Origin: the human T2T-CHM13v2.0 reference genome, Homo sapiens
Reading direction: 5' to 3' (one strand)
Assembly: GCF_009914755.1 (NCBI RefSeq)
Contig: NC_060945.1
DNA: 64,000 nucleotides
Both the position numbers and the translations under genes were made by a program. Under the pieces are notes generated by a model. The model saw only the letters and a program-made list of their open reading frames with translations. It made no database searches and was not told the origin of the DNA. Shown here one piece after another: positions 50,996-64,000 of this stretch. Within the stretch, counting starts at the first letter, position 1; every line of letters begins with the position of its first letter.

Positions 50996-51729
50996 GAGAT
51001 TAAAAAGAGGTAAGAGAATCAAATTATGATATCAATTAGTTCACAGAATTAGTGACAAATTTTATTTACATGGAATTTGTAACATCCTCTCCTCTCCTTT
51101 CTTTCTTGAAATAACTCTTTGAAAAAGAGGAAATAGAAAATTAGCATTTCTTGATGGCATACTATGAGCCAGGCCAGGTGCCTCGTGGTCAACATACTGT
51201 CTTCTTCAGTGCTTATACTAAAGAATGGTCAGGGTGTTTTACAGCAGTCTGTTAAGGTTGGAGGTACACTGCATTGAGATTCTCAAGAAAGCCAATTCCT
51301 CATTAGATGAAAGAAGTGAGCAATCATTCACCTGGATGCTTATGGTATGATGAGTAAGAACGTCCATTTCATTCCTGGAGTAAAATTAAAGAGAGGAGAG
51401 GTGTAATCTGATGAATGCTATCTTTAGAAATAAAAGTTAGTAGCAGAAATCTAATACGGATTTCTAGATAGTGAGAAAACAAAAGAGCTGGCATCTCTCG
51501 ATGTGGGACAACTATAAAAAATAACATTTCTTAAAATTTCTGTGTTTCCACAGCCCATTTTATTTGTGATTTCCAATCTACTGTCATAAAGTTATTGTCC
51601 TTAAAGCAAAAAATGGTCTTAAACTTTGAGTCATAATATAGATTGGCCACTGGAGAAACTGCATCTAATCCAATGCAGGTTGAGAAATGACATCCCCAAA
51701 GGATACTTGAGGTTTTGTTTGCTACAACC

Positions 51730-51792
51730 AAAAGGGAAGAAGGAAGGAAGGAAGGAAGGAAGGAAGGAAGGAAGGAAGGAAGGAAGGAGGGA

Positions 51793-51863
<71 letters not shown>

Positions 51864-51930
51864 GAGGGAAGGGGAGGGGAGGGGAGGGGAGGGAAGGGAA
51901 GGGAAGAAGGGAGGAAGGGAGGGAGGGAAA
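51730..51930. repeat. Compound purine microsatellite: (GGAA)11, (GAAA)18, then (GGGGA/GGGAA)n
   Basis: GGAA 51742-51785, GAAA 51791-51862; no pyrimidine between 51730 and 51930. Confidence 0.97.
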
Positions 51931-52069
51931 TGAAGAACAGCTTCAAGAGCAAAAGCAAAAAGAAAACTTTGCCCTAGGTCTGAACAGAGCAAGCTGTGAA
52001 CATCTTGGTAACTCATGAAGTAAGCAGATGTGACATTATACTTCTGTCAAGAAAATTTTGGCTAACAAG

Positions 52070-52135
52070 AAGTGCTTTTAGCTGCCCAAGGTCACACACC
52101 TAGCAAATGGTGGAGTTAGAATTCAAACATAATTG
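52070..52135 (-). mobile_element. MIR fragment
   Basis: tgcccaaggtcacac-ctagcaaatggtggagttagaattcaaac. Confidence 0.7.
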
Positions 52136-52539
52136 TGATTCACTCTGGTCTGTAATCACAGTATTCCCTCACAATGGCCAACACATGAGAATTTTAAACC
52201 AATAATGAGAAATGGAACCATAAGAAATAGAGAACAATAGAAATATGTAGCAAAACCAAAGTTACTTAACATACATTAGCACAATCAATTTAATTAGAAA
52301 AGGAAAATATTATAGCATAAATATTATTCTAATGAAGAAATTTGCATAGGAATGAAATTTTGATGAAGCTCCTTAATTTAACATGAGAGAAAATGATATG
52401 AATGAAATAAATAGGCAAATACTCTTGTGTAGCAGGTTGGGAAGAGCTAAGTTCTGTTGCCTGTGAGATAGATCTGTATTATAGGCCATTTTTGTTATAT
52501 CCAAGCTTTACTGGACATATTCACTGTAGTTTGGGGAAT

Positions 52540-52660
52540 ATGAAAGAACACTGGACTCAGGTTCTGACCTCTAACTTGTTATAAGATCTATAACAAATTA
52601 TTTCAAGAAATGTGTTGACCTGAGGTATCTCACTTATAAAAATGAGGGCGGTAGCTAGAT
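52540..52660 (+). mobile_element. MIR fragment
   Basis: gaaagaacactggact...ctcacttataaaaatgaggg...ctagat. Confidence 0.5.
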
Positions 52661-53759
52661 AAGTTAGTATCACATATTGTTTTGTTACCGAATTCCTTTT
52701 TTCAAGTGAATTCTTAGGTTGATTTCAAATAAGTAATGCTAATGAAATTTCAGCAGAATAAATATGAAAAACTAAAAACTTCCTTCTCCTCTGAGCTCTT
52801 AGATTTATATTTTAGAGCATGTACAGCCTTAAAACATGGGAAAATGATACTGAACTGAAATATATTTTAGCATTTTTCATACTGTATTCCTAATGTCATA
52901 ACTCTTGAAAGTGATGTTTAAAAAAGAATTCTCTGGTTAATAATATCATTAAATAATGAATACCGCATCTCCCTTTTTGAGCGTTACAATACATACATCA
53001 AGTTAAGAAATCAATCAAGTTCTGTAGAAAAGAAATCTGTTAAATTTGTTTATTTTCATGTATCGTAAATGACCTTGAGTCACTTTTTTTCACATAAAGT
53101 GAATGTACCAAGAAGAATCATGGTTTTTAATATGAATTACAAGCTTATGAACTCCAAGGACCCTAGTTTAAACATCTCAGCCTTCTTTCAGGTTCTCAAA
53201 TGGTACTTACTGTAGTAATAGCAACTCAATGAATATTACTTCCATAAAGTTGAATTCCATAAGCACAGATTTAACTGAGAATAAACCATGGAATATCTAA
53301 AGTACCTTTTCAAAAAAGATAAAGTGATTATACAAAGCATATATAAAGCTTGTCAAGGAAAATAAATCTGAGATAATGTAAATATACATCCAAAATAGGA
53401 AAAAAAACCTAGAAAATTTTTAATCTTCCTTTTACTCATTGACTTCAAACTACCTAAAATTTCCTTTTATTGATCCATTTTCTCTCCACTTGTCAGCTTG
53501 TCCATTAGTCAATGACAGAAGAGAAAAAAAAAAGATGAGAAAGAGGAAATGTTAGAATCTTAGAAGCTGTTCCATCTCTATCCAGCTCGTCTGCCAGTCC
53601 TGGTCATTCACATAGGCAGTCCTCACTAGCCCTTACCCGGGCTTCCATAAAAAGAGCTTCTCTTCATTGAGAGCTAGTGCCTTTGGTACAGCTCCTCTAA
53701 TAAGATAAAGAGTGTGGTCTGAGACTGATTTTCCACTGAAATGTGGATTGATGTTCTTT

Positions 53760-53794
53760 AAGTCCCTTTCGCACTAAGTCCCTTTTGCACTAAG
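53760..53794. repeat. 16-bp tandem duplication
   Basis: (t)aagtccctttcgcac taagtcccttttgcac taag. Confidence 0.85.
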
Positions 53795-55220
53795 ATTATC
53801 TTCATCGTCTATATGCACCTCTAAGTAGAAACAAAAGAGTAATGTCAAATAGGAAAGAATAATATTCACTCATCTCTACAAATGGCCAATAAAAGCCAAA
53901 ATACATAGATAGATATGATTGTGTTTGTTTTAGGAATGGAGAATAAAGGAAAATAGTTAACACTGTATTTTTGTATAATGAACAAACACTTTACTTCTAA
54001 GCCATAGATAATGGTTGTGAATAAAAGAAGTGAGTAATGGAAGGAAGGAAGGAAGGGAGACAGGGAAGGAAAGATAAAGAAAGGAAGAAAGAAAGAAAAG
54101 CAAAGAAAATAAATTAAGGACAGTAGGAACACCAAAAAGTAAGATTTTTATCACTATCTCCTCAGTGCTCAAATCCCTAAATTGGCCATAGGACCTACAA
54201 TAATTCATTTAGGAAGATTTTCCATTCCTCTTTCCAAAGGATAGGAGGGTTGAGGAGGATACTTCTGTTATTCCATCACAGTAAAAGAAGATGAATTACT
54301 GCCACCCAAAATTGAAAATGCATGATTGATTTTTCATAGAAACTTCTTAGTATGCAGTGTTAGGTTTGTAGCATTATTGACACAGCATGCTACTTTGTAT
54401 GCAATGTAATTAGTGAGCTGACCTTGGGATGGAAACTCAAGCTGCAACACGATGCTTGTCCTTTTGGAATACAGGCTGATCATGAAATGGAGATTATCTG
54501 CACTTATTTTCAGGAAAGAAAGGGACTGTAGTGAGGTTTCTCTAATCCAGAATAGTTTAAACATAGAAAATGTTTCAGAGGAAGGCAATCAAAATGATGA
54601 ATGAGCGAGAGTATTTTATTTATGTGAAAATATAAATGAGGCATAAATTATACAAAAGAAACTTGCTGAGATAAAAAACAACTTTGGAAAATTGTGTGAT
54701 GGTCCACAGAATGTAGAAAGCACAAACATCAAGGCTAGAGAAATAATTTACTAGGTTTCAAGGGTTACTAGTACAAATAATGAGAATAATTAAAAAGTAA
54801 AACAAGAGCTGCCTCCTCTATTTAAAAAGTAGCTGAAAAACTACACTAACTTGAATGTGGTCTAGGATCCAAAGCAGAAGTCTTAGGAGTAGAGTCTAAC
54901 ATTATATAATACTCATGTTAAAGGAGGCAAAACTGCCTACCTAGGGACCAATAACAATTCATCTACATTTCCTAGATACGTTTTTTTGACTCATCAGCAT
55001 CATATTCTTTTATGAATAATAAGTTCAACTAATTTGTTATCAATTCTTTCCACTATTGGAAAAGTCTGTTGGATATATTAATGTTGGAATGACAAGCAGC
55101 TTGTGCTCTTCTCTGGGCATCTAAAAATATCGCCAGATGCATTGTGAGCAATTTAAAAGCCATAATTAGCTTACTTCCAATGATAAATGAATAACAGCTC
55201 CACGTACCCTTAAGAGTCTC

Positions 55221-55438
55221 CAATGTTGTTCATTAGAAATATGTGAAGAGCCACATACGTAATTTTAAATTTCTTGGTAGCTACATTTTAAAAAGTAAAA
55301 CAAACAGGTAAGATTTATTTTAATAATACATTTAATTTAACCCAATATATGGAAAATATTATAGTTACAATTTGTGGCACTAGCCATATTTTAAGTCCCC
55401 AATAGGTACATGTAGCCAATTACTTTATTGTACAGCAA
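55221..55438. mobile_element. MER33-like hAT element (internally deleted)
   Basis: tagaaatat...gagccacata-gtaattttaaattt-tggtagc-acatt...ttaacccaatatat...cactagcca-attt-aagt. Confidence 0.75.
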
Positions 55439-56379
55439 AGAAACTAAGAGAACAGTAGAGGCATAATTCTGGGGAGAAAAAAAAGCATAGGTCAGTGAAA
55501 AGGCATTTTTTTTTTAACTTAAGGTAGTGCACGTAATGATTGGATTGTGCTCTCTGTAAGTGACTTCACTGAGAAGGGAAAGGACTCGGCACTGTGTATG
55601 AGCTGAGGTGAGAACATCATCAAAATAAGAATGAACCTCTTTTTGTGATGAGGAAATAGAGCAATTTGGTAATAAAATGATTTTCTTTATATCCCCTCTC
55701 AGAATCAATAAAAATATATCAAAACATAATTTTAAAAATCTTCATAGTTGGCAACTGCAATGATATTAAAATGTTGTCACAAGAAAAACATGTTGTGATG
55801 AAAGTTATACATAAAATGATCAAGAAAAACACTTAAATTTAGCACTTAAAAACATTTTGAGGACAGTTAAAGATGCCCAGATTCAGAGTACCACTTACAG
55901 ATCATCATCCAGAAATATGCCAACAATATGTTCCTTTGTTCACCAAAAATATCCTTAGTATTTACTATATACACGGAGCTTTTCTAGCCCGGGGTACAAT
56001 AGAAACAAAAATAGGTAAAATCCATGCTCGATAAGAGCAAATATTCTAAGGTACCTACGTAAATTCATTTGTCTACCAAAGCTTTGTTAAATGGCTTCTA
56101 AAGAACTTTCTTCATTCTTTACCAACTAATATGATCTAGAGTTTGGTATTATAAGGAAACATATTCAATCTGATTGCCAAACTCAAGAAGTCTGGAATCT
56201 GTTTTATCTATCTCTGCATCTGCCTCAGTACATATCAGACTGCCTTATACATTATTTAATGATGGTATTGAGTTGAATCAAACTGAATTAAATCAAATTG
56301 AATTTAATTGAATAAAATAGAAGCCACTGCATTGTTAAAAGTACCAATTCATAAACTAGAAATACCACCATTAAAAATG

Positions 56380-59300
56380 AATACCAAAACCAGATAAAGA
56401 CTATTCTAGGGAAAGAAAAGTACAAACCAATATCTTTCATTAGCAGAGATGCAAAAATAATCAAGAGACTATTAGCAAATTAAATCCAATGATATATAAA
56501 ATGAATCACACACCATGACTAAGTAAGATTTATCACAGGTATATAAAATGGGCACTACGTGTCATAATCAATTAATGTAAACAATCATATAAACAGGCTA
56601 CAGAAGAAAATAAATATGATTACATCAGTTGATTCAGAGAAAAGATTGATGCATCCTGGCATCCAAAATCAATTCATGGTAAAAACTCTCAGCAAACTAG
56701 GAAGATAGGGGAACTTTCTCAACGTGATAAAGAACATCTATAAAGAACCTACAGCTAACATCATACTCAATGATGAGAAACCAGATGCATTTCCACTTGG
56801 AACAGCTTCTCTTTAACATTGTGCTAGAAGTCCTAGCTAACACAAAAAGAAAAAAAGTAAAAGTAAAATGTATACAGACAGTGAAACAAGAAATAAAATT
56901 GTCTCTGTTTAGAGATTACATAATTATCTATGTATTAAACTCCAAAGAATCAACAAAAATCCCCAGGAGCAAGCAAATGAATATAGTAAGAATGCAGGAT
57001 ACAAGGTTAATATACAAAGTCATTTGCTTTTCTACATACCAACAATGAACAATAGGAATTTTAAATGAAAAATATGATACCATTTACATTGGCACCAAAG
57101 CCAATAAATCACTCAGGCATAAATCTAATAAAATATATACAGGATCTATACAAGAAAAACTACAAACCTTTCATCAAAAACACCAAGGAATATCTGAAAA
57201 AATAGAGATATTCCATACTCATGTATACTTAATCACTAGATTAAGGCAATCCCAATCAAAATTTCAAGTTACCTTGCAGATATCAACAAACTAATTCCAA
57301 AGTTTATATGAAAAAGATGAAAGACCCAGAATACCCAACACTATGTTGAAGGAGAACAAATTAGCAAACAAACTCTATCTGACATCAAGACTAAGCATAA
57401 GCTACTGTAATCCAGACAGTATAATATTGGCAGTAGACACGTAGATTAGAATAAAGAACCCAAAAAACATAGCTAACTGATCTTTGACAAAGGAACAAAA
57501 TCAGTTACATGAAGAAAAAGATAGTCTTTTCAACAAATGGTCCTGGAACAACTGGACATCCATATGAAAACAAAATCTAGATATGAAACTTAACTGCTTT
57601 CACAAAAATTACCTTAAAATAGATTGCAAACTAAATGTAAAATGCAAAACTATAAAATTTTCGAAGATAATATAAGAGAAAATCATGACAATCTTTGATG
57701 ATGAGTTTCTATATACAATATCAAATGCATAAATTACAGAAAAAATTCAAAGTTGACTTTGTTAAAATTGAAAACTGCTCTGTGAAAGACATTATTAATA
57801 GAATAAAATTACAAGCCACATACTGTGAGAAAATTATCACAAAACACATATCTGATAGAGGGCTTGTATTCAAAATATAAAAAGAACTCTTAAAACTCAA
57901 CAATAAGAACTCAAACAATTCAATAAAAAGTGGTCAAATAACCTGAATATATTGACAAATGGGATGGGATTAAAGAGCTTCTGCACAGCAAAAGAAACTA
58001 TCATCAGAGCAAACAGGCAACCTAGAGAGTGAGAGAAAAGTTTTGCAATCTACCCATCTGACAAAGGTCTAATATCCAGAATTTACAAGGAACTTAAACA
58101 AATTTACAAGAAAAAAAAAACCCTATTGAAAAGTGAGCAAAGGATATGAACAGACACTTTTCAAAAGAAGGCATTTACGTGGCCAAAACACATATGAAAA
58201 AAAAGCTCAACGTCACTGTCATTAGAGAAATGCAAATCAAAATCCACAATGAGATACCATCTCATGCCAGTCAGAGTGGCAATTATTAAAAAGTCAAGAA
58301 ACAATAGATGCTGGAGAGGCTGTGGAGAAATAAGGACACTTTTACACTGTTGGTGGGAATGTAAATTAGTTCAACCATCGTGGAAGATAGCATGGTGATT
58401 CCTCAAGAATCTAGAACCAGAAATACCATTTGACCCGCAGTCCCATTACTGGGTATATACCCAAAGGAATATAAATCATTCTACTATAAAGACACATGCA
58501 CATGTATGTTTATTGCAGCACTATTTACAATAGTAAAGACATGGAACCGACCCAAATGCCCATCAATGATAGAGTGGATAAAGAAAATGTGGTACATATA
58601 TACCATGGAATACTATGCAGCCAAAAAAGGAATCAGATCATGTCCTTTGCAGGGACATGGATGAAGCTGGAAGCCATCATCCTAAGCAAACTAACACAGG
58701 AACAGAAAACCAAACATCGCATATTCTCACTCATAGGTGGAAATTAAACAATGAGAACACATGGTGGGAAAAAACACACACCAGGGCCTATTGGGGGGTT
58801 GGGAGCAAGGGGAGAAAACACAGATTATGGGTCAATAGGTGCAGCAAACCACCATGGCACATGTATATCTATACAACAAACCTGCACATTCTGCACATGC
58901 ATCCTGGAACTTAAAGTAAAATAAAATAAAATAAAAACAATAAGAACTCAAACAATCCAATAAAAAATGGTCAAATGGCCTGAACATACACCTCATCAAA
59001 AAAGACATACAAATGGCAAATAACCATATGAAAAGATGTGCAACATCATTTTTCATTAAATAATTGCAAATTAAACAAAGAGATACCACTATACACCTAT
59101 TAGAGTGACTAAAATCCAAAAATTTGACAATAACAAATACTGGCAATGAAGCACAGCAAAAGAAACTCTCATTCATTTCTGGTGGGAATGCAAGATGGTA
59201 CAGCCACTTTGGAAGACAGTTTGGCACATTCTTACAAAGCTAAACATAGTCTTACCATATGATCAGGCTCCTAGTTATTTACCCAATTCACTTGAAAACT

Positions 59301-60575
59301 TATGTGCACAAAAATACCTGTACTCAAATGTTTATAACAGCTTTACTTATAACTACCCAAAGTGGAACCAACCAAGATGTTTTTCAATAAGTGAATGGAT
59401 AAGCAAACTAGGACATCCAAATAGTGGAACAGGATTCAGTGATAAAAGGAAATGATCTCTCAAGCCACAAAAAGGTAGGTCATGCTTAAATGCAAGCTAC
59501 ATTTAAATGCATGTGAATGCATATTGCAAGTAACAGAAGCTAGCCTGAAAATGCTACATGTTGTGTGATTTCAATTATATCATATTCTGGCAAGGGCAAA
59601 CTATAGAGACAAAAAATATCACTGGTTGCCAGAGGTTAGGGCATGAAGGCAAGAGAGGGAGGAATGAATAGGTGAAGCACAGTGCTCAAAACATACACAC
59701 ATACACGCACACACACACAAACTCACAATGATTAGGGTATGTCAAAGTGCCACAGGAGCCAACTGAAAGAGCTCCCAATGCCCAAAGATGGGGCAATTGG
59801 AGCAACAAAATAAAATAGTATTGGATAAAATAAATATCCACAAGTCCTTATGGATATAAATAATTAAATAAACTAATAAATGGGAGAGAAGAAACAAATC
59901 TATCCAGAAGAATTCCAAATAACTTATTTAGACCTTTCACCCTAAAATAGGGGAAGCATAACTCCCAGATCCTTAAGTCTTGGAAGCACATAGTAACTTT
60001 CTTCCAAAGAATACAGTATGGAAGAAAGGGGTAAGAAAAACAGTGAAGAAACCTGACAAACACTACATCAGCCATCAAAATCAACATCAATACTCATAAA
60101 TGCTGTAAATCGTACATACCCTGGATGTAATGTGATTAAAAATTATACTTTGCCTTTGTGATCTTTCTCCACAAAAACCATAACTCTAGTCCAATAGTGA
60201 GAAAAACATGAAATTCTAATAGAAAGGCACCCCAACAATGTATCTGACCAGCACTTCCCAAAACTATCAAGGTCATCAAAAAAAGGGAAAGCATGATAAA
60301 TCATCACAGCCAAAAGGGGACTAAGGACTCAGGACCCTAGAGTAGAAAATAAACATTAGGTAAAAACTAAAAAAAAAATCAGAATAAATTATGGACGTCA
60401 GTTAATAATATATCAATATTGGTTCATTAATTTTAACAAACTGTGCTAATGTACGATGTTAGCAATAAGGAAAACTGTGTGTGAGATTGAAGCATAGAGG
60501 GAGGATATATGCAAATTCTCCCTACTATCTGCTCCATCTTTCTGTAAATTTAAAACTTTTATAAAAAATAAAATC
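56380..60575 (+). mobile_element. Old L1 (L1MC/L1MD-like) ORF2 and long 3' UTR, split by an L1PA
   Basis: ORF 56770-57048 (LLFNIVLEVLA...EIKLSLF.DYII.Y) and 59195-59455 are ORF2-like; 3' UTR motif acaggagccaactgaaagagctcccaatg. Confidence 0.85.
57952..58935 (+). mobile_element. 5'-truncated L1PA (L1PA8A-like) nested in the older L1
   Basis: ORF2 C-terminal peptide (MSFAGTWMKLEAIILSKLTQEQKTKH), short 3' UTR with gggtcaataggtgcagcaaaccaccatggcac, (TAAAA)n tail. Confidence 0.92.
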
Positions 60576-60579
60576 AATT

Positions 60580-60893
<314 letters not shown>

Positions 60894-61129
60894 GTCAATT
60901 AATAAAATCAATATTCTGACAAGCCCATGATATAGTTTAATATAAGTAAGATCAATTTTTGGACTCCATATAACTGAGAGCCATTCTAGGGATCTTAATG
61001 ATGTCCACAAAAATGCAGTGCCAAGACGATCCAGCCTAAAAGAACTTGCCATCCTTACTCATTTATTATAAAATCTACAATACTACAGTTTTCTGTGATA
61101 CCAGTGCTTGTCAGAATATGAAGTACTTA

Positions 61130-61427
61130 CATCTCCATCTTAGTCCTGCAACCTAATCTAGTAATTACCCTAATTCTTTCTTGTCATTCATTCACAGCTA
61201 ATCTTGAAAGATTTCTCTCTCACAATGGCATTTTCCATTCATTCTTCAATCCATAATAATCTGGGTTCTGCCCCAATTCACTCCCAAGGTCAATAATGGC
61301 CTACCTATTGCCAAAATCAATGGTCACTCACCCATTATCTTATTTTACTTTTCAGAAGTGTTAGACACATTATTTATTCCTTCCTTTTTTAACACGTGCT
61401 TCTTTTGTATTCATCACATCTTGGGGG

Positions 61428-61459
<32 letters not shown>

Positions 61460-62612
61460 GTAACTAAGAGGGGGAAGAGAGAGAGAGAGAGAGAGATTCC
61501 TGTTCTGTCTTTAAACATTATTGTCCATAAAGTGCAGTTTAGCAAGTTTTTTACTCTGTTAGTCTCTCCATGTGACCACCTTAATTCCTATCACTTTAGT
61601 AACTACTATATGTTAATGTATCCCAAATTTTTATCTCCCATCCAGAGCTCTTTCATGAGAGTGAGAAGATGTCTTCCTACTTACAATGGCATTTTCACTT
61701 GACAGCCCTACTCACATATCAAAATCAACATGTCCCAGAATATCCTATCATCCCTGTCATTCAAAACTGCTTATACACTTATATTCTATATGTTAGTATA
61801 TGGTATGCCTATTGTTTACTCAAGACAATAGCATAGTTGTTAAAATCAGCTTCATCCTTACTTCAAATATAAAATCATCCCTTAATTATTTTCAATTGTC
61901 TGTTAATTTTTAAAAATCCATCAATTTCTATCTGTCCTATAATTTTCATTCTCATTTAAGCCATCATCGCTTGCCTAGTTTCCCACAACAGCCTCACACC
62001 AGTCTCCACACCTCCTTGCTTCTTCCTTCAAATCTGTTCTTCAGTCTCTCTCATCATTCCCCAATTCAAAGCACTGTATTAACTCCTCTTCGTTATTTGT
62101 TTGAGGTTTAAATGATATCATTTTGCATATAGGGCTTTTCATAATTAGGATCCTGGATAACCCTCCAGTCTACTTTTCTCCTTCCTTCCCTCCTTCTACT
62201 TCACATTATGCTAAACTGCTTTTAGTTCCTCCAATGTCTATGCTGCTGCATATTTCTCTACCCAACTCTCATTGTCAATCTAACTTCAGAGTTTTGCCTA
62301 AATAGACCTTCCTTCAGGATGCCTTCTCTAAATTCACAAATCTCAAGTAGTTGCCTCTCTATATATTACCACACCCTCTCCTTCTCTCTCTCTTTCTCTC
62401 TCTCTCTCTCCCCCCCACCATCTCTCTCTCTCTCTCATTTCTAAATTTCCTGACTGCTTACCCATACTGCTAATTAAACTCCAAGCACTATGAAGTTAGT
62501 GAGAATATCTAAATTATTATTATCTCCCCAAGAATATCTAGGACAATGACTGACACAGTAATATTTGATAGATGGATTGATTGATCGATTGAAGGAAAGA
62601 TGGATGGATGAT
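61130..62612 (+). mobile_element. Diverged L2 with embedded (TG)n(GA)n (~61428-61496) and (CT)n (~62375-62436) tracts
   Basis: ccaaggtcaataatggcctacctattgccaaa-tcaatggtcac, tcaaaatcaacatgtccc, and 3' end acaatgactgacacagta...atttga with GATG-like tail. Confidence 0.7.
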
Positions 62613-63548
62613 TAAAACATGAAAGTTGAAAAATCTAAACTCAGACCTCTTTTTAAAAAAATAAATAAATAAAACCTCTCTGGACTGAGTTACTCCTTGC
62701 TTGGTGCTTTTGATTTTAATACATTATCTCAGAAATAGCCTTAGTTTCTGTGAGTATAAAAAAAAAGTATAAAGAAGACTCACTGTGTCCCAAGTTTAAA
62801 GCAAGGATTTTCCAAGAGATCATTATTGCTCTAGGGTTGCAATCAGCATGTTAATCACCTAATACCATGTTTGGAACTACACATGAATGGACAGGACCAA
62901 AATTCCAAGACATCAAAGGACTCAAGTTGAATAATATCAACTTGAAAGTAATCAGAGAATGGTTAAAAAATGAATTGTCAGCAACTGAAGAATAACAGTG
63001 GGAATTAACCAGGACATGCTATGGGGCTATGACGGCAAATTGAATATGGGATGTATAAATAGCTACATAAGCCAAAATCAAATACTTGCTTCAGGCAGCC
63101 TTTAGACGTGACAGTTGGACAGTCCAGGAAGATTTCAAAGGTTTAAGAGAATAGATCTCGAGCAGATTAGGAAAGTCTGGATATTAATAGCAGCAAAATA
63201 TATGGAATAATAGGAGGTGAGATCAAAGATATTTTGCTATGCTTAAGCGCAGGAGAAGACTGAAAAACAAAACTATGGAGTGAAAAACTTGGAGGTCAAA
63301 GATACATACTCTATTTTCTCCAAATCAGCTTTTTTCATTCAAAACCAGCAATAGCCAAACAGCTTCAAAATGACTTTTTAAACTTTTTCCTTAAGTTATA
63401 CTTTAAAATTAAATAAAATCTCCACAGGAAAACTACTATTAGATATTTCCCTTTTGAAATGTGTAATTATAATGTCTTATGTTACAAATAAATAGGCACT
63501 AAAATGGCATTAATGGTAAACTCAATGTTAATCCAATTAAAAATAATA

Positions 63549-63919
<371 letters not shown>

Positions 63920-64000
63920 TTATTATTGCTTGTATTGTTTTGTTTTGTAAATGAAGACATCATCAAAGAGGAAATAGCTATTAATTTTTATCAATTTTGA

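Noticed and set aside
51531-52018. Longest ORFs in the window (161 and 130 aa)
   Set aside because: Read-through of GGAA/GAAA microsatellites

Overview
AT-rich, CpG-depleted primate genomic DNA (Alu, L1PA and THE1 elements present; human-like), intergenic or deep-intronic. I can support no protein-coding gene, RNA gene or CpG island. The ORF track is explained by decayed L1 ORF1/ORF2 fragments, Alu-derived ORFs, simple repeats and chance. Roughly half the window is transposable-element relics: L1M/L1PA/L1PB, five Alus, MaLR/ERVL solo LTRs, MIR/L2, hAT and Tigger DNA transposons. Subfamily names come from recalled consensus motifs, not a database search, so treat them as approximate. I see no evidence for a novel gene system. 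The most interesting object is structural: a ~2.7-kb AT-rich minisatellite complex (11.7-14.4 kb). It is bracketed by ~75-bp inverted arms built from a rearranged MST LTR end. It carries a 99/100-identical templated copy of sequence lying 1,604 bp downstream, and it contains sub-arrays of palindromic units. Several small duplications lie nearby, suggesting a recurrently broken and repaired site. Two atypical L1 integrations are also visible: a tail-less L1 flanked by apparent target-site duplications (TSDs), and an L1PA with a ~53-bp TSD.
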